From an uncultured delta proteobacterium (lineage in GTDB: Bacteria; Myxococcota_A; Polyangia; Polyangiales; Houyiibacteriaceae), in NCBI GenBank assembly GCA_963699755.1, contig CAVOVB010000002.1, forward strand, positions 160,001-224,000: a stretch of DNA of 64,000 bases, read 5' to 3'. Made by a program: the position numbers and the translations under genes. Positions 1-10,188 of the stretch are shown piece by piece (position 1 is the stretch's first letter; each line of letters opens with the position of its first letter). Under the pieces are notes generated by a model. The model saw nothing but the letters and a program-made list of their open reading frames with translations. It was not told where the DNA came from and ran no database searches.

Positions 1-736
1 TGAACGGCGGGCCGCTTTGCTCGCGCGCGAACAAGGTGATCGGGCAGCGCACTTTTTGGAGCGCGCGATACGGATTGACCGTCGCCGTGGCGAAGGTCTT
101 GCTCTCCCAAGCCCGGTCGCAGCTCAGGCGAACCGTCCCGTCGTCGTTTTCGACCGTGCCGCCTTCGACGTAGCGTTCGATCCATTCGCGCTGCCAGGTT
201 CGAAATGGCCCCTTGCCGACATAGTTCTCGACGGCTGCGGCTTTGGACGGAAACTCCATGCGCCGGCGCGCCGCCATCTTCGCGATCGGCACGATGCGTT
301 CCGCCAGCCCGAGCGTGCGAGCCACGGCCAGCATCGGGATCTGAGCTGGGGGAACGATCACCGGGTCGATGAGCACCAGGCCGCAGACCAGGTCGGGGCG
401 CGCCGCTGCAAGCTCCATGCTGACGGTCGCGCCCATCGAATGCCCGGCGAGAACGAGAGGCTGCGGGAGAGTGCTTGCAAAGGCTTCGAGGTCTTTCCGA
501 TACGGCCGCCAGGATCGAAGCTTCCTCGGATCCGCGCTCGCTCGGGATCTGCCGTGTCCTCGCGCATCCATCAGATATAGGCCGATCGCCGGGTCGACCA
601 CCGCTAGCAGAGCACTGTAGGTCTCCGCGTTGAAGCCCGTCGCGTGCGCGAAGTGAACTGTGACGGTCTCTTCGCCGCTCGGTTCGCGGCGGAGCACGCT
701 GAAGTCTCCGAAACGCTCGCGTCGAACGGTCAGCAC
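1..736 (-). CDS. Alpha/beta fold hydrolase, 3' end runs off the window
   Basis: Manual translation of the minus strand from GTG at 736 gives VHFAHATGF, MDARGHGRS and LAGHSMG (GxSxG nucleophile elbow), with no stop before the window edge. Absent from the ORF track. Confidence 0.85.
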   Translation of the reverse strand, partial: MLTVRRERFGDFSVLRREPSGEETVTVHFAHATGFNAETYSALLAVVDPAIGLYLMDARGHGRSRASADPRKLRSWRPYRKDLEAFASTLPQPLVLAGHSMGATVSMELAAARPDLVCGLVLIDPVIVPPAQIPMLAVARTLGLAERIVPIAKMAARRRMEFPSKAAAVENYVGKGPFRTWQREWIERYVEGGTVENDDGTVRLSCDRAWESKTFATATVNPYRALQKVRCPITLFAREQSGPPF

Positions 737-738
737 GG

Positions 739-1560
739 CTACCGCGGGGAGATCCTCTTGAACACGCGCGCAACGATGCCGTCCGCGGTTGCAGGCATCA
801 AACGCTTGAGCGCGTCCGCCACGCGCGTTTCTTTGGTGATCAAGACGCGGGGCGAATTCTGCTCGATGGCCTTGACGATCCGCGCCGCGACGACATCGGG
901 CGTGGTGCCGAGGCGATCGAACAGCTCCTGCGTCCTGTCCCGAAGCTTCTGGTGCGTGTCGGTGACCAAACGAGCGTTCTGAATGATGTTGGTCTTGATC
1001 GCGCCGGGATGGACCGAAGTCACGCCGACCTTGTCTTCAGCCAACTCCGCCCTCAAGGACTCGCTGAAGCCTCGCACCGCAAACTTGCTCGCGACGTAGC
1101 TGGTTTGAAGCGGTGGGGCGATGATGCCGAACACGCTAGATAGGTTGACGATGTGGCCTTCCCCTGCAGCCTTGAGATGGGGCAGGAAGAACTTGCAACC
1201 GTAGATTACTCCCCAGAGGTTCACGCCGAGGATCCATTCGAGGTCCTCGACGCTGTGCTCTTCGAACGAGGCGTAGACGGTGACTCCGGCGTTGTTGATG
1301 AGGATGTTGGCGGCGCCGTGCGCACGGACGACCTCGGCCGCGAAGCCTTGCATTTGTGCCCTGTCGGAGACGTCGACCTGGTGGGCCGTCACGGTGGCGC
1401 CCCGGAGCTCGAGCTCATGGCGAACCCCCTCGAGCGCGGCCTCGTTCACATCACAAATCGCAAGTCGGCACCCCCTGCCCCCGAGGGCCAACGCCGTTTC
1501 GCGGCCGATGCCGTGCCCCGCTCCGGTCACAACCGCAACTTTCCCCTCGATTTCGCGCAT
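739..1560 (-). CDS. Short-chain dehydrogenase/reductase (SDR)
   Basis: TGAGHGIG, NNAG and YVASK motifs. Start trimmed to the ATG at 1560, which has a GGAGG RBS. Confidence 0.92.
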   Translation of the reverse strand: MREIEGKVAVVTGAGHGIGRETALALGGRGCRLAICDVNEAALEGVRHELELRGATVTAHQVDVSDRAQMQGFAAEVVRAHGAANILINNAGVTVYASFEEHSVEDLEWILGVNLWGVIYGCKFFLPHLKAAGEGHIVNLSSVFGIIAPPLQTSYVASKFAVRGFSESLRAELAEDKVGVTSVHPGAIKTNIIQNARLVTDTHQKLRDRTQELFDRLGTTPDVVAARIVKAIEQNSPRVLITKETRVADALKRLMPATADGIVARVFKRISPR

Positions 1561-1767
1561 CCGCCCTCCGGACCGGACCGTACAGGACCGCGTTCGGCAT
1601 GCAAGCCCCACCGTGCGGCCCCACCTGATCTAGCGTCCCAGCGAGGCCGATGGCGTCAGCACCAACACGGGAGCTGAACACTACCGTGGGGCTCGTACGC
1701 ACAAGCCGAGACGCCGGAAGATGGTGTCTTTTTCCGGGGCGCCTATCTGTTATGCTCGCGCGTCTTC

Positions 1768-3393
1768 ATGGCTAGGAAGAGCAACTACGACGCCGAGGTG
1801 CTCGTCATTGGCGCCGGCCTCGCCGGGATGGTGACGGCGCTCGAGCTCCTCGATGCGGGCAAGCGGGTGCTGGTGCTGGACGCCGCTTCGCGGGATCGCT
1901 TCGGCGGGCTCGCGCGTTGGTCGTTTGGCGGCATGTTCTTCGTCGACTCGCCCGAGCAACGAAAGAGCGGCATCAAGGACTCGGTCGACCTGGCAATGCG
2001 AGACTGGGTTCGCTACGGCGAGCTCGATCCCAACGATGTCTGGCCCTATCGCTGGGCCGAGGCGTACGTCCATCGTTGCACCGAAGAAGTGCGCGGCTGG
2101 CTCGCCGAACGGGACGTCAGCTTCTTCCGCGCTGTCAACTGGACAGAGCGTGGCTACTTCGTACCGGGCAACTCCGTGCCCCGCTTCCACATCGTCTGGG
2201 GCACGGGCGAAGGGATTGTGCTGCCCTTGATCCCGCGGCTCGAGGAGCACGAAAGAGCCGGGCGGCTCGAGCTCCACTTCGATCATCGCGTCGAAGGCCT
2301 GACCCAAGACGGCGGTCAAGTCGTCGGCTGCCACGGCGTCAATGGCGCTGCTCCATTCGAAGCACGGGGCGACGCGGTGGTGATCGCGGCTGGGGGAATC
2401 GCCGGCGACCACGACAAGGTGCGCGAGTTCTGGCCTCGAGATCAATGGGGTGAGCCCCCCGAGCCGATGCTCAATGGCTCGATTCCCGAAGCCGACGGCA
2501 AGCTCCTGGACCGGGCGGCGGCGCTCGGTGCCAACCTGACCCATCTGGAGAAGATGTGGAATTACGCCGCTGGGGTTCGACACTGGGAACCTCTATTCCC
2601 GAAGCACGGTCTGAGCTTGGTACCGATGAAATCGCCACTCTGGGTCAACTACCAAGGGCGCCGCTTCGTCGACCCGCCGCTCGTCGGCTCCTACGACACG
2701 CTCCTGCTCGTCGACAGAATTTGCCGCGAAGAGAAGAAGTACTCCTGGCAGGTCATGAACCGGAAGATCGCCAACAAGGAATTCGCGGTCTCTGGAGCGG
2801 AGTTCAATGAGGCCGTGCGCGAAAAAAAGCTCTTGGCGTTCATCGCTCGGCTCCTGCAGGGCAATGGCGAACAGGTCCAGGAGTTCATCGACCACTGCCC
2901 GGACTTCGTCACCGCGGGGAGCGTGGCTGAGCTGGCCGACAAGATGAACGCCTTGGCCGGCAGCGAAGACGTCGACGCCCAGATGCTCGAACGGGAAATC
3001 TCCGAGTACGACGCCAACATCGCGCGCGGCCCGAAGTTTCAAAACGACGACCAGCTTCGCCGAATTGCCCATGTTCGCCAGTACCTCGGCGACCGGCTGC
3101 GCACCTGCAGCATGGCACCCATTCTCGACCCGAACGCCATGCCGCTGATCGCGATTCGCACGCAGATCCTCACGCGCAAGAGCCTCGGAGGCCTCCAAGT
3201 CGATCTCGATGCGAAGGTTCTCGACACGGAGGGCAGGCCGATCCCCAATCTCTTCGCGGTCGGCGAGGCCTGTGGCTTCGGAGGCGGCGGTATGCACGGA
3301 AAGCGCGCGCTCGAGGGGACATTCCTCGGAGGCTGTGTGTATTCCGGTCGGGTCGCGGCTCGAGCTATCAACAGCGGTAAAGGGGTGAGGTAA
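1768..3393 (+). CDS. FAD-binding dehydrogenase (KstD/flavocytochrome-like superfamily)
   Basis: N-terminal VIGAGLAG dinucleotide fold, KSLGGL, LFAVGE and C-terminal LEGTFLGGC. Confidence 0.85.
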   Translation: MARKSNYDAEVLVIGAGLAGMVTALELLDAGKRVLVLDAASRDRFGGLARWSFGGMFFVDSPEQRKSGIKDSVDLAMRDWVRYGELDPNDVWPYRWAEAYVHRCTEEVRGWLAERDVSFFRAVNWTERGYFVPGNSVPRFHIVWGTGEGIVLPLIPRLEEHERAGRLELHFDHRVEGLTQDGGQVVGCHGVNGAAPFEARGDAVVIAAGGIAGDHDKVREFWPRDQWGEPPEPMLNGSIPEADGKLLDRAAALGANLTHLEKMWNYAAGVRHWEPLFPKHGLSLVPMKSPLWVNYQGRRFVDPPLVGSYDTLLLVDRICREEKKYSWQVMNRKIANKEFAVSGAEFNEAVREKKLLAFIARLLQGNGEQVQEFIDHCPDFVTAGSVAELADKMNALAGSEDVDAQMLEREISEYDANIARGPKFQNDDQLRRIAHVRQYLGDRLRTCSMAPILDPNAMPLIAIRTQILTRKSLGGLQVDLDAKVLDTEGRPIPNLFAVGEACGFGGGGMHGKRALEGTFLGGCVYSGRVAARAINSGKGVR

Positions 3394-3472
3394 GCAAGGT
3401 GACGCTCAGCCGGTTCCCAATCCGCCACAAAGTCAGGTACATTGGGCGTGCGCTCGAGCGCGAGACCAGCGA

Positions 3473-4108
3473 ATGAAGGGTTCAATGTTCAGTCGTCCAA
3501 TCCATGCAGCCTCATCGATCGCTTTGATGGTCTTGATGGTCTCGGGCGGCCTGGTCGGCGTCGTCCCGGCAGCATTGGCAGATGGCGCGCCCGAGACACC
3601 GAGCACCCCGAAGAACATCGACGCGACGCCTCCGCTGGTCCCCATTCCCAATGCCCGGGTTACCAAGACCGGCCTGCTCATCGGAGGCCAGCCCTCCCCT
3701 GGTCAGCTGAAAGCGATTCGGGACGCCGGGTACCAGACCGTCATCAGCCTCCGAACGGACAGCGAGCATGGCGACGAAGGTGAGCAAGTCGCGGTCGAGC
3801 GTCTCGGTATGAGGTTCGTGTCCATACCGGTCGCGGGTGCGGCAGGGCTCACCGCAGAGAACGCGCGCGCGCTCGCCAAGGAGCTCGGAGTGCAGGACGC
3901 GCTGCCCGCCGTCGTGCATTGCAAGTCAGGACAGCGAGTGAGCGCATTACTGGGCCTGAAGGCTTTCGTCGTGGACCGCGTCAGCGCTGCGGCGGCGATC
4001 GATTTGGCGAAGAGTCTCGGCATGACGAAGCTCGAAGCGGCGCTTCGAGAGCGAATCGCCGAGATCTGCAAGGCGGACAAGTCGCGCAACTGCGAAGAGG
4101 CGCCATGA
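3473..4108 (+). CDS. Exported Cys-based phosphatase/sulfurtransferase-like protein (DUF442/Blh-like)
   Basis: Signal-peptide-like N-terminus, GGQP, TVISLR and VHCKSGQR active-site loop. Confidence 0.7.
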   Translation: MKGSMFSRPIHAASSIALMVLMVSGGLVGVVPAALADGAPETPSTPKNIDATPPLVPIPNARVTKTGLLIGGQPSPGQLKAIRDAGYQTVISLRTDSEHGDEGEQVAVERLGMRFVSIPVAGAAGLTAENARALAKELGVQDALPAVVHCKSGQRVSALLGLKAFVVDRVSAAAAIDLAKSLGMTKLEAALRERIAEICKADKSRNCEEAP

Positions 4109-4674
4109 GCGGCAAGCCAACGGCCTTGGTACTCCTCACGCAGGGCAGCGAGGAGATGGAAGCCGTCATCAGCATCGATGTGCTACGGCGTGCCGGAATC
4201 GAGGTCACCGTCGCTGGGGTCGAGGGCAGCGAGCCGATTCGATGCAGCCGTGGCGTGCTGATCACCCCGGACGTAGGGCTCGACAGCGTGGAGGGCGACT
4301 TCGACGTTCTCGTCCTTCCTGGCGGAGCGGAAGGCGCGCAACGGCTCGCGCTTTCCGAAAAAGTCGGAACGCTTCTCCGACGGCAAGAACAAAGCGGCCG
4401 CTGGGTCGCCGCAATCTGCGCCGCCCCGATCGCGCTCCAGGCGCACGGGGTTTTTCGACATCGTCAACTCACCAGTCATCCAAGCGTCAAGAGGATGCTC
4501 GAAGGTTGGGGCGAGTACAGCGAACACTCTGTCGTCGCCGATGGAAACCTGATCACGAGTCGGGGTCCAGGCACGGCGTTCCCGTTCGCCCTGCGGATCG
4601 TGGGCGCGCTGGTCGACGCGCAACGCATGGTCGAGGTGCGTGCGCCCATGATGTTCCCCGTGCAGGTTTCCTAG
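4105..4674 (+). CDS. DJ-1/PfpI (YajL/ThiJ-like) family protein
   Basis: GSEEMEA, LPGG, AICAAP and ITSRGPGT. ATGA overlap with the upstream stop fixes the start at 4105. Confidence 0.92.
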   Translation: MSGKPTALVLLTQGSEEMEAVISIDVLRRAGIEVTVAGVEGSEPIRCSRGVLITPDVGLDSVEGDFDVLVLPGGAEGAQRLALSEKVGTLLRRQEQSGRWVAAICAAPIALQAHGVFRHRQLTSHPSVKRMLEGWGEYSEHSVVADGNLITSRGPGTAFPFALRIVGALVDAQRMVEVRAPMMFPVQVS

Positions 4675-5354
4675 TCGGGCGGCCCGGGTGGCTGCGTCGC
4701 GCCGGGGCGAACCGAAACCTTGGCGCGAGCCGCGTAGGACAAGAGCTTGTGGACCGCGGTGCCGGCGAAGAACCCAGGAGCGGTGGGCGTCCGGTCAGGC
4801 TCAGGAACGGGCATCGTCGCGATGATCGCCCCGTCGCCCGCGTGGCTGAACTTCACCTCGGGGCTCAGCGCCTCGATCATCCGTTTCGACGCCGCGTTTT
4901 CGGCCAGCAACTCGTTCCGAAACCAGCGGATGTCGCGCTCCCAGGCGGCTTCGATCAGCCGCTGCAAGAGGATGGAGCCGAGTCCTTTGCCCTGGAACTC
5001 ATCCAGAACCGTCACCGCGGCTTCGGCGGTGTCCGGCTCGCCGGTAAGGCGCACGAAGCGCGCACTTCCAATGCCCTCGTCTTTCGAGACGAAGCGACGC
5101 CGAATGGCGCCCATCGCGAAATGGTCAATCCCGTCGACCTCGGTGAGGTATCGCAACTCCCTCTCGCTAAGCCGGGACTTGGGCGCCATGAAGCGCGCAT
5201 AGCGGGACTCGGGCGATAGGTGCTCGAAGCCCTCGCGGAGCATCTCCTTGTCCGATGGACGCATCAGACGCAGATGTACCCGCTGTCCGTCGTTGAGATA
5301 AACGGTTTCTTCGTACCCGCTGTCATACCGATACGCCTGCGTGGATCCCCCCAT
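4671..5354 (-). CDS. GNAT family N-acetyltransferase (Pat-type GNAT domain)
   Basis: LSPESRYARF, AEAAVTVLDEFQGKGLGS acetyl-CoA motif and LAEN. Confidence 0.88.
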   Translation of the reverse strand: MGGSTQAYRYDSGYEETVYLNDGQRVHLRLMRPSDKEMLREGFEHLSPESRYARFMAPKSRLSERELRYLTEVDGIDHFAMGAIRRRFVSKDEGIGSARFVRLTGEPDTAEAAVTVLDEFQGKGLGSILLQRLIEAAWERDIRWFRNELLAENAASKRMIEALSPEVKFSHAGDGAIIATMPVPEPDRTPTAPGFFAGTAVHKLLSYAARAKVSVRPGATQPPGPPD

Positions 5355-5366
5355 GACAGGACCAGC

Positions 5367-6134
5367 CTAGGCACGATCGAGCGCGCGCACAACCGCATCC
5401 ATGGCAGCCGCTGCGCCCGCACGAAGCCGGTAGTCGACGATGTGTGACACTTCGCTGATACCTGGATTGACCTCGACGGTCAGCGCGCCTCGGCGTCGCG
5501 CATCGACTACAGGCTCGGCGATGTATGGGAACACGCTGGTGGTCCCAATGGTGAACACCGCGTCGAAGCCACGCATCAGCTGCTCTTGAAGCAAGCTGGC
5601 GCGATCCATGGGCAACATCTCGCCGAACAAGACGACCTCGGGCCTGACCAAGGAGGCACACTCGGGGCAGGACGGCGGAATGTCGAGCCCCAGGTAGCTG
5701 CCTACGCGCCACCGGTGACCACAGCGGGTGCAGCGCAAACGATGCACGTCTCCATGAATGTCGATGACCTGGACGCTGCCCGCCGCATGATGGAGGCCAT
5801 CGACGTTCTGGGTCAGCGTCCAGACCCGTTCGAAACGGCTCTCGAGCTCAGCGATGACCTGGTGGGCACGGTTTGGACCTGCGTGTCTGCACGAGCTTTC
5901 GATCTGGTGGATGTACTTCCAGGTGACCCGGGGATCTCGCTGGAACATCGCCCCCGAGAGCGCCGCCTCGATGGGGATGCCTTCGTCGGTTTCCTCTTGC
6001 TCGTAGAGCCCTCCGATGCCCCGATAGGTCGGCAGACCCGAATCCGCAGAGATCCCCGCCCCTGTGATGAACAGGACGCTCCGGCTGCTCCGCAGCCGTT
6101 TGGCGATCTCCGAAACGTGTAGCTCCTCCATCAA
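5367..6134 (-). CDS. cobB: Sir2-family NAD-dependent protein deacylase
   Basis: [26 protein letters not shown], CxxC...CxxC zinc site and RPEVVLFGE. Confidence 0.9.
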   Translation of the reverse strand: MMEELHVSEIAKRLRSSRSVLFITGAGISADSGLPTYRGIGGLYEQEETDEGIPIEAALSGAMFQRDPRVTWKYIHQIESSCRHAGPNRAHQVIAELESRFERVWTLTQNVDGLHHAAGSVQVIDIHGDVHRLRCTRCGHRWRVGSYLGLDIPPSCPECASLVRPEVVLFGEMLPMDRASLLQEQLMRGFDAVFTIGTTSVFPYIAEPVVDARRRGALTVEVNPGISEVSHIVDYRLRAGAAAAMDAVVRALDRA

Positions 6135-6218
6135 GCTTGGTTATCGTACTATCGTCTGAACGCCAAGTCGGGGCCCGAGGCACTAGCGCCACGGCCAAAG
6201 TTCCCTATAGGATCTGGG

Positions 6219-6866
6219 ATGTTCTTCGGTTCCGAAAAGAAGCTTCGAATGCCTGCTCGCGAGCAGGCCCTCCCCGGACGCGACGCGAAGATGCCTGTCG
6301 CGAAGCGCCATTTCGTCCTCGGAACACCACTCGAGGGCCCGTTCCCCGAGGACACACGAAAAGCCATGTTCGGCCTTGGGTGCTTCTGGGGCGCGGAGCG
6401 AAAGTTCTGGCAAGCTCGGGGTGTGTTCACCACGGCGGTAGGCTATGCGGCGGGCCTCACTCCGAACCCCACGTACCAAGAGGTTTGCTCGGGCATGACC
6501 GGGCACAACGAGGTCGTGCTGGTCGTCTACCGGCCCGCCGAGGTCAGCTACGAAGAGCTTCTCGAGATGTTCTGGGAAAGCCATGACCCGACCCAGGGCA
6601 TGCGACAGGGCAACGACCGCGGTACGCAATACCGGTCGGGTATCTACTATTTCGATGATGACCAGCGCCAACTGGCGACTGAGTCGATGCAGCGCTACCA
6701 GCGCGCGCTCAACGACGCAGGGTATCCACCGATCGCCACCGAGATCATCGCGGCTCCGACGTTTTACTATGCTGAGAAGTACCATCAGCAGTACCTCGCG
6801 AAAAACCCGGCCGGCTATTGTGGCCTGGGCGGCACCGGGGTGACCTGCCCCAGCAAGCTCGTGTAG
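6219..6866 (+). CDS. msrA: Peptide methionine sulfoxide reductase A
   Basis: [21 protein letters not shown] and C-terminal [12 protein letters not shown]. Confidence 0.97.
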   Translation: MFFGSEKKLRMPAREQALPGRDAKMPVAKRHFVLGTPLEGPFPEDTRKAMFGLGCFWGAERKFWQARGVFTTAVGYAAGLTPNPTYQEVCSGMTGHNEVVLVVYRPAEVSYEELLEMFWESHDPTQGMRQGNDRGTQYRSGIYYFDDDQRQLATESMQRYQRALNDAGYPPIATEIIAAPTFYYAEKYHQQYLAKNPAGYCGLGGTGVTCPSKLV

Positions 6867-7012
6867 CTCTGAGAGACAGCGAGTAAAGCTCGGAGATCAG
6901 CTGGATACTTGTGCCTCATCAAGGCCCTTTTTTGGTTGACCTATCGGCGTGCTTTGAATGTATCCTGCGCCGACCCGCCAGGTCGGACGCTGGGTAGAGG
7001 AGCCCCCCCGTA

Positions 7013-8455
7013 ATGAAGCACAAACTCTTGACGGCGTGCCTGCTGATAGGCTTGCTGACTCCGGCGCTTGCGAGCGCCAATCCCGAGCCCACCGCCTACG
7101 ACAGCCGAAGCATCGGGATGGGGCTCACCGGGGTGACCTATCTGGATCATGCGTCCGCGCTCGTGCTCAACCCAGCGAACCTGGAAGGAATCGAGAAGCT
7201 CGGCTTCACGATCAACTTCACCGCTCTGTTCGTGAACCAGCGAGCGCCGGTGATCGGCCCCGGCACCCGGCTCGATTCAGGCGTGGGCTTTGGTCCCTTG
7301 CCGTCTGGGTTCATCGCGGGAAGGATCGCCCCGCGCGTCGTCTTCGCAGGCGGCATCTACATCGAGACCGGCTACGGCTCGTCCTTCAGTCAGGTGCGGT
7401 GCTTGGATGGCGCGACCGTGGGAGGACCGCCCGACTACGCGCCGGACACCGATCCGGCGACCTGCTTGAATCCGACTCCCGAAGACCTCGACGTGACGTT
7501 CTTCGTCGGCGAGTTCTCGGCGGGCTTTTCCTTCAAGGCCCACGAGAAGTTTTCGCTTGGGCTCGCGCTCCGCCTGCCCTTTTCGAAGCAGACCGCTGAC
7601 CTCTATCAGAACATCGGTGCGGCCACGGAAATTCTTGCGAGCCCAACCTATGGACGGGTGAAGAACGACCTCGGCGGCGTGGGCGTTCCCTCGCTTCGAT
7701 TCGGCTTCACCATCAAGCCACACCGCAAGGTCCGGATCAGCGGAATGTACCGCATGGCTACCAAAATCAAGCTCACGGGAACGACCGAAACGGCGCTCGC
7801 CCCGTCGCTTCCCCCTGTGACTCTCGACGGCGAAGCGGACTGGTTTCTGCCGCATGCGGTCGCCTTTGGTGTCTCTTATCAAGCCAACAGCCATCTGCTC
7901 TTGGCGTTCGAAGGACGGATCCAGTTCCACGCGGCCAAGAAGAGCGGCAACCAGAATCAGACCGTGACCGCAACGGACCCCAATGGCGCGTTTCCTGACA
8001 CGCGCCTCGTCGTGCCCTTTGGCTGGGAGAACGCCTGGAGCGCCAAGATCGGCTTTGAATATCGCTTCAACAAAGATTTCCTGGCGCTTCGACTGGGCGC
8101 CAACGTTGCCAAGGGAGCCACCAGCGCCGAGTGGGCACAGTACTTCACTCCGCCTCCCGCTCCCGCCGGCCTTCAAACCGTGACCGCCGGCCTGGGCTTT
8201 TACTGGGATGACCGGAACGACCCGAGCATCAAAGACAAGTACAGGCTCGACCTCGGGGGCCTCTTCGCCTTCACCAAAGACACCATTGGCTACGAATATA
8301 TCGGCCAGCAGGCTCTGGTGCCGGGCGGCGACCCGGATAACCCAGTTGACAATCCGCGGATCTGTTCTGCGGATCAAGTCGTCCGCACCGGCTGCCCTGG
8401 AGAGTACCGCGTATATAGCTACTGGGCTTCGGTCTCGTTCACTCTGCAGTACTAG
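7013..8455 (+). CDS. Outer-membrane FadL/OmpP1/TodX-like transporter
   Basis: Signal peptide, SIGMG...LNPANL hatch motif, alternating beta-strand pattern and C-terminal aromatic residue (SFTLQY). Confidence 0.75.
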   Translation: MKHKLLTACLLIGLLTPALASANPEPTAYDSRSIGMGLTGVTYLDHASALVLNPANLEGIEKLGFTINFTALFVNQRAPVIGPGTRLDSGVGFGPLPSGFIAGRIAPRVVFAGGIYIETGYGSSFSQVRCLDGATVGGPPDYAPDTDPATCLNPTPEDLDVTFFVGEFSAGFSFKAHEKFSLGLALRLPFSKQTADLYQNIGAATEILASPTYGRVKNDLGGVGVPSLRFGFTIKPHRKVRISGMYRMATKIKLTGTTETALAPSLPPVTLDGEADWFLPHAVAFGVSYQANSHLLLAFEGRIQFHAAKKSGNQNQTVTATDPNGAFPDTRLVVPFGWENAWSAKIGFEYRFNKDFLALRLGANVAKGATSAEWAQYFTPPPAPAGLQTVTAGLGFYWDDRNDPSIKDKYRLDLGGLFAFTKDTIGYEYIGQQALVPGGDPDNPVDNPRICSADQVVRTGCPGEYRVYSYWASVSFTLQY

Positions 8456-9908
8456 CGGGCTCTATCTCGACGCCTAGGATGGGCGCGTAGAGGGTTCGGT
8501 CGCGACGGCTCCACCAGTCGCCCGTGGCCTTTCTTTCGTCAACGCTGGTGAGCTCGTAGCGATAGATGACGGCCCGGATCTGCTTGGGTGGATGATCCTC
8601 GAACGGATTCTCATCGAGGAGCGCCAGGACCGTCGGCTGGCCTTGCAGGAGCCGCCTCATCAGATTGCCGAGCCAGAGGTTTCGGCGGTAGTCTCCGAGC
8701 GCGGCGAACCATATCTGCCAATCGAGCCGCGGTTGATGCGGGGAGCTCCAGACGGGCGCTCGGTCGAGGGGGCCCGGCTTGTAGCGGAACCTGTACGGCT
8801 TCCAGTTCTCGCCGTCGTCGCTGCCTTCGATCTCGATCTCCGGTCGCTCCCTGGTCATCACCGCAAACAGCCCGTAGTTGTTGACCGTGCTGAAGGGGTA
8901 GATCGGCCTCAGCCAGCGGGGCGGGCCCTGACCAAAGGTGCCCGAGAGGAAGACCACGGCCGACAGCGCAATGACGAGGGCAGGCGCTGCGCCAGGCCAA
9001 GCGTTCCATTTCGCTTTGCGATTGGGCGTCGGGTCTCGATCGGAGAATCGACCTCCAACGAAGCGGGCGAGCAGGCGGTCGTCCAAAAGTGGAATGCAGA
9101 GCACCATCGTGAGCAGGTTGAAGAATCCGTAGTTTCCCGTGAGCGCAATCAGGAGCATGAGGGCGCCGATCGCCGCGGCGGCGGTGCGGCGGGACCAGGA
9201 CCAGGGAAGCCAGATGAAAACGGGCGCGCCAAACTCGACTGCAAACATCAGCAGGCAGGAGAGCTTTTGAAACCAGTCGGGGAGCAGGTTCGCGTACCAG
9301 GCGAAAACCGTCGGCAGCGGCTGTGTCCAGTAATGGTAGCTGAGCGCGCTCAGATCCGCCCAAGCCGGATCTCCGCTCGCGAGCTTCACCCAAGCCGACC
9401 GGAATACGAGCCGAAACAGGAGCCACCAGAGGGCCCATCGCGCGATCGAGTGCGGAGAAGGATGTCCGGCCGGCCGATCCCAGACGCGCAAAGGGACGAA
9501 GAAGAAGGCGGTGAAGGACACCTCGAGCAGAAGCGTGTCCCACTGAAACGACATGAACGGCCAGCCCAGGCTGACGAAGGAGAGATAGGCGAACCAAGCG
9601 ACAGGCAGGGCAAGCTTCGGCACCAAGCCCACGAGCAACGCGAGCGCCGCGAGCACACCGACGAGCCAAACCAGAGCGATCATCGAGTCGGTTGCCCTCC
9701 ACCAGAGCGCGCTCGGGTGCTGCCCGAAGCTGTGGCCTGCGCTCTGGGCCTGCTCGACCAGCGTCGCGATCGGCATCACCCCATTGGCGCCAAAGAGCCC
9801 CCTTGCTTGAACGCCCAGCGAAATGAAGGCGATGAAGAGCACTGCCCCAAGCGCCCGCGCAAAGAGCCAAGAGGAGACAGAATAAGTCTGGCGAGGCCCG
9901 GACGTCAC
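8439..9908 (-). CDS. Lipase maturation factor (LMF) family membrane protein
   Basis: FQWDTLLLE, HYWTQPLPT, GNYGFFNLLT, YGLFAVMT and PHQPRLDWQIWFAAL. The GTG start at 9908 is tentative; the ORF-track extension runs through the repeat element. Confidence 0.88.
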   Translation of the reverse strand: MTSGPRQTYSVSSWLFARALGAVLFIAFISLGVQARGLFGANGVMPIATLVEQAQSAGHSFGQHPSALWWRATDSMIALVWLVGVLAALALLVGLVPKLALPVAWFAYLSFVSLGWPFMSFQWDTLLLEVSFTAFFFVPLRVWDRPAGHPSPHSIARWALWWLLFRLVFRSAWVKLASGDPAWADLSALSYHYWTQPLPTVFAWYANLLPDWFQKLSCLLMFAVEFGAPVFIWLPWSWSRRTAAAAIGALMLLIALTGNYGFFNLLTMVLCIPLLDDRLLARFVGGRFSDRDPTPNRKAKWNAWPGAAPALVIALSAVVFLSGTFGQGPPRWLRPIYPFSTVNNYGLFAVMTRERPEIEIEGSDDGENWKPYRFRYKPGPLDRAPVWSSPHQPRLDWQIWFAALGDYRRNLWLGNLMRRLLQGQPTVLALLDENPFEDHPPKQIRAVIYRYELTSVDERKATGDWWSRRDRTLYAPILGVEIEPASTAE

Positions 9909-9988
9909 TCCTGGCGTGATTATCACAGTGTCTGCGCCAGCGCCGGCAATGCTCAACGATACGATCGGAGAACGGCTAGCGAGGGACG

Positions 9989-10187
9989 TACCGGGGCGCG
10001 GAAAAGGGCGCGATATGGGGTGGAGTCGACGTAGCGAGTGACAATCGGCAAGATAGCAACCACCCCGATTGGCCGCGAGCTCCGAGGCTCGGCTTGCGTG
10101 GCCAAAGCCAACCAGTGAATCCGGCCACCTTTGCAAGCCGAGCCGTTCGATGGAACCCCATATCGCGCCCTTTTCCGCGCCCCGGTA
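9989..10187. mobile_element. MITE-like element with perfect 33-bp terminal inverted repeats
   Basis: taccggggcgcggaaaagggcgcgatatggggt at 9989-10021 is the exact reverse complement of 10155-10187. The element starts and ends in TA, has internal inverted repeats and contains no credible ORF. Confidence 0.65.
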
Positions 10188-10188
10188 G

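Noticed and set aside
5367..6134. Sir2 as an anti-phage defence effector
   Set aside because: It is a canonical CobB-type sirtuin with a zinc site and has no defence partner genes nearby.
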